A stretch of DNA of 64,000 nt from Mayamaea pseudoterrestris (lineage: Eukaryota), in contig BROI01000024.1 in NCBI GenBank assembly GCA_027923505.1, forward strand, positions 372,001 through 436,000, read 5' to 3'. Every line of letters starts with the position of its first letter. Position 1 is the stretch's first letter. Below, in pieces: positions 57,163-64,000 of this stretch. A program made the translations under genes and the position numbers. A model generated the notes under the pieces. That model was not told where the DNA came from, did no database searches, and saw nothing but the letters and a program-made list of their open reading frames with translations.

Positions 57163-58316
57163 TTACTCGTTGCCTTTACCTTTGCTTTTGCCGGCGAGAT
57201 GTAGTCGAACCAGGTCAGCCGCAGAGGCATGATCGGATATTTTATAGTTCTCCAATAGCCATGGAGACTTCATCAGTATGGATGCGGGTATTCGCTTAGC
57301 TATGCACGCGAATTGAGGCGAAAAGGCAGTGAGTGAAGCGAATGAAATAGCATGGCAAATCGTTTCCACTATCCGTAAAACATACCAGGATGTTGCTGTA
57401 AGCAAGCACTTAACATTTCTGCGAGCCCAGACTCTGCATTCGCAGGAATAATTGACTTTGTACTCGTCTCTTCCACAGTGACCAACAACTCCACCAAGGA
57501 ACGACAGTCTTCCCATGGCGCTTCCAGAGTCAAGCACTGCACCAAGCAAAGCCCGAAACTCCACAAATCGCTCGACCGACCGTAGGCACGTCCTCGCAAT
57601 CGTTCCGGCGCCATGAACTTGCTCGTTCCGAGCAGAGTCGTGTTGAGGCAGGAGGACGAAACATCCGACGCCAGTCCAAAGTCGGCCAGTTTCACAACTC
57701 CTTTCGACGCATCAAGGAGAATGTTCGCCGGTTTCAAGTCGCGGTGTAAAATCTTGTGCGCATGTAGAGCACTCAAGCCATCCAATGTTTGAAACGCTAC
57801 TCCGGCAATCATGTCATGCGGCACACTGCTCGTTCTTCCAGAAATGTAGTCCTCCAACGAACCACCGTCCATGTACTCCACAATCATGGCAACCTGCTCA
57901 TGCTGCAGAAAGGCACCATGGAGTTGGATCAACGATGGCGACGTTTGCTGGAGTGACTGCTGCAGAGACACCAAGGCCTTGAGCTCCTTGACCAGCATGT
58001 CACTGTGACTCGCCATGTCGATCGAAAACGTTTTGACAGCCACAATGACGTCAATGTTCGATGAATCACTCGCAGTTTGCTTCCACGTCGCTCGATGCAC
58101 CTTGGAAAAGGCTCCCTTGCCGAGTAGCTCGTGCAGCTCCACACAGTCGGGCAGTAGCTGGTTTCGCGAAATGGTGGCGCCATCGAAGCGAAGGTAGTCG
58201 GGACCAATGGAGATGTTATTTTGACGAAAGGTTGTCACGAGCTCATCCAGCTCATGGTCGGGTTGTTCAAACAGCTCCGCGTCAAGTGTTAACCGAGGTC
58301 GTTGCTGCTTCTGCAT
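57163..58316 (-). CDS. MAP2K-like kinase, copy 2
   Basis: Same translation as 44667-45820. Confidence 0.83.
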
Positions 58317-58681
58317 GTTATGCTTGGTTGCTTGTCGTGCTGGCGAATGAGCGAATGAGCGATTTTTGATGCGTGATGAACGATGAGCAAGCAGCTTCCA
58401 CGGCGAATGAGCGGAGCACTATTAGCGACTTTTGATAGTTTAATTGTCCCTTAACCAAGCTTTAGTGCAAATTGATCGGGTCGTTTCGTAACCTTGTGGC
58501 ATTTGTGGCCGTTTTATCATTGGATGCGGCGGAGAAAGAAGTGATGCAACCCGTTGAGTACCGGTCCGACTCCTCTGCGTGACGCTTTCGCGGAACGAAC
58601 AAAATGGCACTCGACGACCCGCGCTCATAATCACCATGGCCATATCTCGCTCCAACCAAACCTGAATAGCTCTCTGTTATC

Positions 58682-59962
58682 ATGCCGTGGTCCTTGTTCG
58701 CCAAGGATGAAGATGAAAAACCGGACGAAGGAAATGAGAAGCGGTATTTCCAAGACATGCAGGATGCACTCTTGATGCGACGGCCTGCCGCTTCGTCTTC
58801 CACTGATGTACTCGACAAGCAAGAAAAGGCGGTACTGCACAAACTGAATCAAGCAGCAGAATTGAAACGAGTCGGAAAAAGCAAGGAAGCACTAGCGCTT
58901 TATGAGACTGCATTGGACGAAGGTCTACAGCTTTGTCGGCGGCTCGACCATCAAACCAGTTTGAAGAATCGTCTCCGCATCGCCATGACGGACGCGGAAA
59001 ACATCAAGGCATCCATCACCAAGCAACCCAAACCAGCAATGAATGGAAAACTATCCGAGCTGCAGCAATCAATCATTGACGACTTTTACGTTGATTCATC
59101 ATCGCTGCAGTCAACCTCCTGGAGCGACATTGCCGGCCTCGAAGCAGTCAAACAGTCGCTTCAGGAAAATGTCATACTGCCACTGCTCCGCCCCGACCTG
59201 TTTCAAATGGGCCTTCGCAAGCCCCAAAATATACTACTGTATGGTCCGCCCGGCACGGGCAAGACCATGCTGGTGCGAGCGTGTGCGCTCGAGTCGCCAT
59301 CGTGCCACTTGTTTGTGTGCGCCGCCTCGAGCTTGGTGTCCAAGTGGATGGGCGAGTCGGAAAAGATTGTCAAGTGCCTGTTTGAAACGGCGCGCAGCAT
59401 GGAGCCGGCGTCAATATTGTTTATTGATGAATTGGATAGTGTGTTGGGCCGTCGCAAGTCGGAGGAGCATGAAGCGAGTCGGCGGTTAAAGACGGAGTTT
59501 ATGGTGCAGTTGGATGGCATCCAGCAAAAGCAACAGCAACAATCGCATGTCATTGTCATTGGGTGTACGAATTGTCCATTTGACGTGGATGAAGCTGTCA
59601 TTCGGCGCTTTCCAAAAATGATTTACGTGCCTCTTCCAGACGCCAAGACGAGGCGAGCATTGATCAAGAAACTGCTCGGCAAGGCGGGAAAGCATACGTT
59701 AACGAAAGCTGACATTGACTGGCTAGTGGAACAAACAAAAGGCTACTCTTGTTCCGATATTACAGCCTTGGCATCGGAAGCATCCTACGGTCCACTGCGG
59801 TCACTGGGAGGTGTTGACGCGATTCGTAAGGTCAAGGCACAGGACATTCGTCCCATTGCAATTGAGGATTTTGAAAGCGCACTGAAGCAATCGACGAGAA
59901 GCGTTTCTAACAAGCTGTTGAAGCAGTATAGTGACTGGAAGCGAGAGCATGCGTCAATGTGA
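58682..59962 (+). CDS. Spastin/fidgetin-like AAA ATPase, copy 2
   Basis: Same translation as 46186-47466. Confidence 0.86.
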   Translation: MPWSLFAKDEDEKPDEGNEKRYFQDMQDALLMRRPAASSSTDVLDKQEKAVLHKLNQAAELKRVGKSKEALALYETALDEGLQLCRRLDHQTSLKNRLRIAMTDAENIKASITKQPKPAMNGKLSELQQSIIDDFYVDSSSLQSTSWSDIAGLEAVKQSLQENVILPLLRPDLFQMGLRKPQNILLYGPPGTGKTMLVRACALESPSCHLFVCAASSLVSKWMGESEKIVKCLFETARSMEPASILFIDELDSVLGRRKSEEHEASRRLKTEFMVQLDGIQQKQQQQSHVIVIGCTNCPFDVDEAVIRRFPKMIYVPLPDAKTRRALIKKLLGKAGKHTLTKADIDWLVEQTKGYSCSDITALASEASYGPLRSLGGVDAIRKVKAQDIRPIAIEDFESALKQSTRSVSNKLLKQYSDWKREHASM

Positions 59963-60197
59963 TGGTTAAGTGCAAACTGCTATGTAATCAGGTTTTCGGC
60001 TAATCGTACGATGCCAGTCATTCTAAACACTTCCTACCATTTATACCGAATAGATGAAATGCGTTCAAACGATATAAGCTTAGCCAATGCACACATAATT
60101 TAGCAATTAACTGTAGGTCCAGCGGAAACATAAATTTTACCGCACACACACAACACTTGCACCGACAAACAAACATTCAGTTGCTAATAGCTGCTCA

Positions 60198-61081
60198 TTA
60201 GCAATCTGTGAACCAGCACGACGTCCAGCTCTTTCGCTCCGGTTCCGGAAACAGATTGACGACGGGAGCCGCTGCCGCGCGACCATTGTGACTTCCGTTT
60301 GGTTCGTGCGGCTTATGCTTGTCCGTCTTGCGGCGGCGCTGCGAAGCCGTCACGGCAGGATTCACTCGCGAGTCTTGACTCGACGGAGTGACGCTAGCTG
60401 ATGATTGTTGCGGCAGGACGATGGAACCATTTGCGAGAGCCATCTTGAGCGCCTCTGTCACTTTGGAGCCGCTGTGTTGCTGCAGCATGTCGGCAGCAGC
60501 CGATGGATCGGATACGAACTGATATCCCTGGTGTTCTTGTGACAATTTGAGCTGTAGAAAATAGAGAGAAGTGAGAATAAGCAAACAATTGCATCTGCTG
60601 CTTCCAATCAGAGTCACAATGAGCAAATACCCACCTTCAAGTGCATTCCGATGCTGCCCAGCGGAGCAACTCCAGTCGCTAGAAAGTCAGAGTCATTTAT
60701 AACAAGCTTGAAGAAGAGTCGATTCTTTAATTCATTGTCGAGTTTTTTACTTGACTTGGTATGCAATGTCACTGGCTGTATTCGTTCCAAGCTCGATCGA
60801 ACGTCCATGCCAGTTTCCTCGTACAGTTCCCTCGCCGCTGCTGATCTGGCCGCCCACAAGAGTTGCGCGTCACGATCATTCGCAAATTTAACAGCTGCTT
60901 TTATGAATTCTTGCTCGTCCAAATGGCCGCCGGGAGTCTGAAAGTGAGGACCCTTGGAAAGCTTGCGCGTGCAGTGCAGCAGCAGCAAACCGTGCGTTTC
61001 GTGAATGACAAAAATAAAGCCGCGATAGTCCTTGCTCTTGTAATCGACCAAAATATTATTGGTGATATTTGATGGACTCAT
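60198..61081 (-). CDS. Nudix hydrolase, copy 2
   Basis: Same translation as 47702-48585. Confidence 0.8.
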
Positions 61082-61342
61082 ATTCAAATGAGTGCTTTGT
61101 ATTTGGTATGCTTGTTCACAGATTCCGTTGTTCAATTGCCATGGTCGACTTCGAAAGTGAAGAAGAAAGATCGGGGCTGCTTCGCTCAGTCGAATATAGC
61201 GATGGGGTTAGGCTGTGACGTCATATTGTTCGCCGCAGCGTCCGTTTTTTCCTTTCCTCGACCATGATGATTGATGAACGCAATTACCGCTGCGTTGCTT
61301 TGCTCGAATTCGCGCTTGTAAATTCGTGCAGCAGCTTGAATC

Positions 61343-62518
61343 ATGGCATCCGCGTACCTGCGGTCACTCTTGTCAAGGCCTCTCGCAGTGCCGATGCTAT
61401 GGTACGCGTCAATGTCCATTTTCGACAAGCAGCCATCGGCATCAAAATCGGCTCGTTGCGAGGCAGAAGTAAACAAGAATAACAATGCTTCAACGAAAGA
61501 AACCAAGCAGCAGCAGTTGCAAGCGCGACTCATATTCCTTGGAACAGGCTCCAGTACAGGCTGTCCCAGGCCCCTATGTACCATGCTCTTTCGCGGTGCC
61601 AGTCCCAGCCATGACCCCAAAGTGAAGGATTACTTTGACTGCACCGTTTCCAATCTAGCCGTTCCATTTCATGCCAACAACCCGGCAAACAACAAGAACT
61701 ACCGCAACAATCCTTCATTGCTACTGCAAACCGAAAATGGCTGTATTACCATCATTGACGTTGGCAAAACCTTTCGGGAAGGCGCGCTGCGCTGGTTTCC
61801 GCGCTACCAGATTGGATCCATTGACTCCATTGTCTTGACGCACGAGCACATGGACGCCGCCGGAGGTTTGGATGACGTGCGGGGATTTCAACAATATGCA
61901 ATAATTAATGACAAAGAGTCGCAACAGCGGCGAACCAAGGTGGTCCCCATGCCGCTGCACCTTTCGCAACATTGCTACAATGACTTGCAGCAGCGGTTTC
62001 CCTGGCTCTTGCCGCAACCAGCGTCAACGATAGATGCTGCTGCTGCTTCTAGCGACGAAAGCAAGCCAGTCGTTCAACGACACGTGGCAACCTTCCAAGT
62101 CGAAACCTTTGAAGCGTTCCAACCATTTTTGACGAATGACGGTCAATTGGAAATAACGCCACTACCCGTCATGCACGGCGAAGACCTAATTTCCTACGGC
62201 TTTAGCTTCACCATTGGCACGTTGAACGTTGTCTACTTGAGCGACATTTCCCGCATGCTTCCTTCAACCCTCGACTACATTTTAGACAAGCCAACGGACA
62301 TTTTGATTGTGGACGCGCTGCACGAGGCGGAGTCCAACGCCGTGCACTACACGCTGCACGAGGCGCTGGCATTGGTTGCAACGATACAGCCAAAGCAAAC
62401 GTACTTTGTGGGAATGAGCTGCGATAGCTTTCTGCCGCATGACGACATGAACAAAATGCTTGCTGGAAAATATGGCAACGTTGCGTTTGCGCATGATGGC
62501 TTGGAAATATTGGCATGA
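61343..62518 (+). CDS. MBL-fold hydrolase, copy 2
   Basis: Same translation as 48847-50022. Confidence 0.88.
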   Translation: MASAYLRSLLSRPLAVPMLWYASMSIFDKQPSASKSARCEAEVNKNNNASTKETKQQQLQARLIFLGTGSSTGCPRPLCTMLFRGASPSHDPKVKDYFDCTVSNLAVPFHANNPANNKNYRNNPSLLLQTENGCITIIDVGKTFREGALRWFPRYQIGSIDSIVLTHEHMDAAGGLDDVRGFQQYAIINDKESQQRRTKVVPMPLHLSQHCYNDLQQRFPWLLPQPASTIDAAAASSDESKPVVQRHVATFQVETFEAFQPFLTNDGQLEITPLPVMHGEDLISYGFSFTIGTLNVVYLSDISRMLPSTLDYILDKPTDILIVDALHEAESNAVHYTLHEALALVATIQPKQTYFVGMSCDSFLPHDDMNKMLAGKYGNVAFAHDGLEILA

Positions 62519-62599
62519 CACTAACGATAATAGAGGTTCTACTGTAGATTTAATCTTTGTACATTGTTTAGTAGAAGATCTCTTTTACATTCACCTCAT

Positions 62600-63406
62600 T
62601 CATTGCCGTTGCTTGGAGCGAAACTCGTCAAAATTCTGTTTCGCTCCCGTCTGAAAACTCGTTACGGCAAAGTTCACCACCGCCTGGTTAACAACGTTGG
62701 ACGCCGCCCTGATGGTTGGTTCCGGCAGTAGGCGCAGCGGCAGCGGCAAGACTCCCTTGGTTGCAAAGGCAATGGCTCCAAACACTCCCCTGCCGTTGCT
62801 GCTTGGTTTCATTTGACCAAACACTTGAATGGAAACATTGAGCGACGCGGGCGTGACGGTCAACCCCGGCAATCCCAACACTTGCACGTTTGGGTTGTAG
62901 TCGACGCTCTGCAGCGAAAAAATGGGGTCTCCCGTAACGCGGCTCACGAGCGTCTTCATTTCCACGTCCACGGTCGGAGACAGTTGAATCGTGAAAAACT
63001 GCAGCGTCATGACTTGGAGGCGAAAAATGTGGCGGTCAATTTGCGACAAGAGTTTGGGGTCCCAAATGCTGCGCGCCAAGCCGACCGTGTCGTTGAGCCA
63101 GTGGCGAATGGTGTGCCGATCGTCCCGTTCGACGAGTAACGTTTGAAGGTTGGCGGTTGCTCCAAACTCGATGTGACCAGTGGATTTATCGAGCTTGAAG
63201 TATGGTCCTTTGCGACTCAATAACTCGCGGCGGCGGTTTTCCGAAACAGGAGTCTGTCTTTGGGTTGCTTGTAGTTTTGAAAAGGAAAAGCGATGATGAT
63301 TACGTTGTATCGTCGTTTGTCGTTGCAAGTCAAAGGCGCTCGATGCTCCAAGCGTGAATAACACGCCGGCTGCAGCTGCAAGCAGCTTTGGTGCATTCAT
63401 CCTCAT
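62600..63406 (-). CDS. DUF1997-like protein, copy 2
   Basis: Same translation as 50104-50910. Confidence 0.63.
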   Translation of the reverse strand: MRMNAPKLLAAAAGVLFTLGASSAFDLQRQTTIQRNHHRFSFSKLQATQRQTPVSENRRRELLSRKGPYFKLDKSTGHIEFGATANLQTLLVERDDRHTIRHWLNDTVGLARSIWDPKLLSQIDRHIFRLQVMTLQFFTIQLSPTVDVEMKTLVSRVTGDPIFSLQSVDYNPNVQVLGLPGLTVTPASLNVSIQVFGQMKPSSNGRGVFGAIAFATKGVLPLPLRLLPEPTIRAASNVVNQAVVNFAVTSFQTGAKQNFDEFRSKQRQ

Positions 63407-63550
63407 TTTGTATCGAGTCTTTCGTGAGCCTTGGCGTTACAGTCTACTTGGAGGATGATGAGAGACGAAGTGCATGGAAAGGGAACAGCAAGGATGTGAT
63501 GGTTTGCGGAATGTTCGACGCGAACGTGAGGTGCTGACTCATGAGAACTA

Positions 63551-64000
63551 TTCTGCCTAGGGGGCTCGGTTTATGGTTGTGGTTGTGTTTGTGTTTGTGT
63601 TTGAATAGACTACTCTTTCGATAACAGTTTGTATTGAATGTACTGAATGTAGATGTAGAAGCACAGAAGCAGTAAAACTGATTACATTGCTGCAAGTGTA
63701 TGTATGTAGGAGTAAGCAACCCTCAAAGAAGTTGTGCAAAAGGCTTGCTAGGAGGTGTAGTGGCTGGCAAGATACTACATAGATTTGTTGCCAAAAAGCT
63801 AGAGCCATGTGCATGCCCAAATCAAGCCAGAATGGTGCTAACATCCTTATTTTGGGTGGCTACAAGATGCCTTGCCTGGCTGGTCCTTTGGTAGACTGCT
63901 ATGAGCTTGGTGACAACTTGTCACCAGTCTCAGCCAGCAGCTGCCATGCCTTTCAAACGCCTATACCTAGAGCCCTGTGCATGCCCAAATCAAGCCAGAA
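63551..64000. repeat. CpG-depleted repetitive DNA (degenerate transposon or satellite edge), continuing beyond the window
   Basis: I count only 3 CpG in 450 bp; GTGTTT-type microsatellite near 63575-63602; 34-bp direct repeat at 63799-63832 and 63967-64000 with one mismatch; palindrome TGGTGACAA-C-TTGTCACCA at 63908-63926. Confidence 0.7.

Larger units (their letters stand above)
38559..63550. repeat. Direct tandem segmental duplication, 12,496-bp unit (38559-51054 and 51055-63550)
   Basis: The ORF track recurs at +12496 with the same translations; GATGACAAGGCC starts at both 38559 and 51055, and GAGAACTA ends at both 51054 and 63550. Confidence 0.97.

Noticed and set aside
1..64000. Prokaryotic-style systems (CRISPR arrays, operons, defence islands), tRNA/rRNA genes and intact transposase or reverse-transcriptase ORFs
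   Set aside because: None recognised; the DNA is intron-containing eukaryotic sequence, and many ORF-track starts are GTG/TTG and not real

Overview
Gene-dense eukaryotic nuclear DNA with short GT-AG introns, almost certainly from a diatom and probably a raphid pennate. The evidence is a fucoxanthin-chlorophyll LHC with an ASAFAP-type bipartite presequence, a plastid acyl-ACP desaturase and a frustulin with C(E/Q)GDCD repeats. Bases 1-51054 hold about 28 genes, many in head-to-head pairs: Hsp60/LHC, a SAS-4/CENPJ-like TCP10 protein/ASPM, GINS Psf3, Skp1/peroxisomal LACS, TOP6A/a cyclic-nucleotide-dependent kinase, TIM22/HSP70, a PAS-LRR-receiver protein/Elongin C, MAP2K/spastin-like and Nudix/MBL hydrolase. 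The segment 38559-51054 (12,496 bp) is repeated head-to-tail at 51055-63550. It starts inside HSP70 and looks identical except for three substitutions next to the right end. The last 450 bp switch abruptly to CpG-depleted repetitive DNA. Top leads are the PAS-LRR-REC signalling protein with no histidine kinase, the SAS-4-like/ASPM spindle-pole pair in a lineage thought to lack centrioles, and the duplication with its junction. All product calls come from motif recognition by eye; no searches were run.
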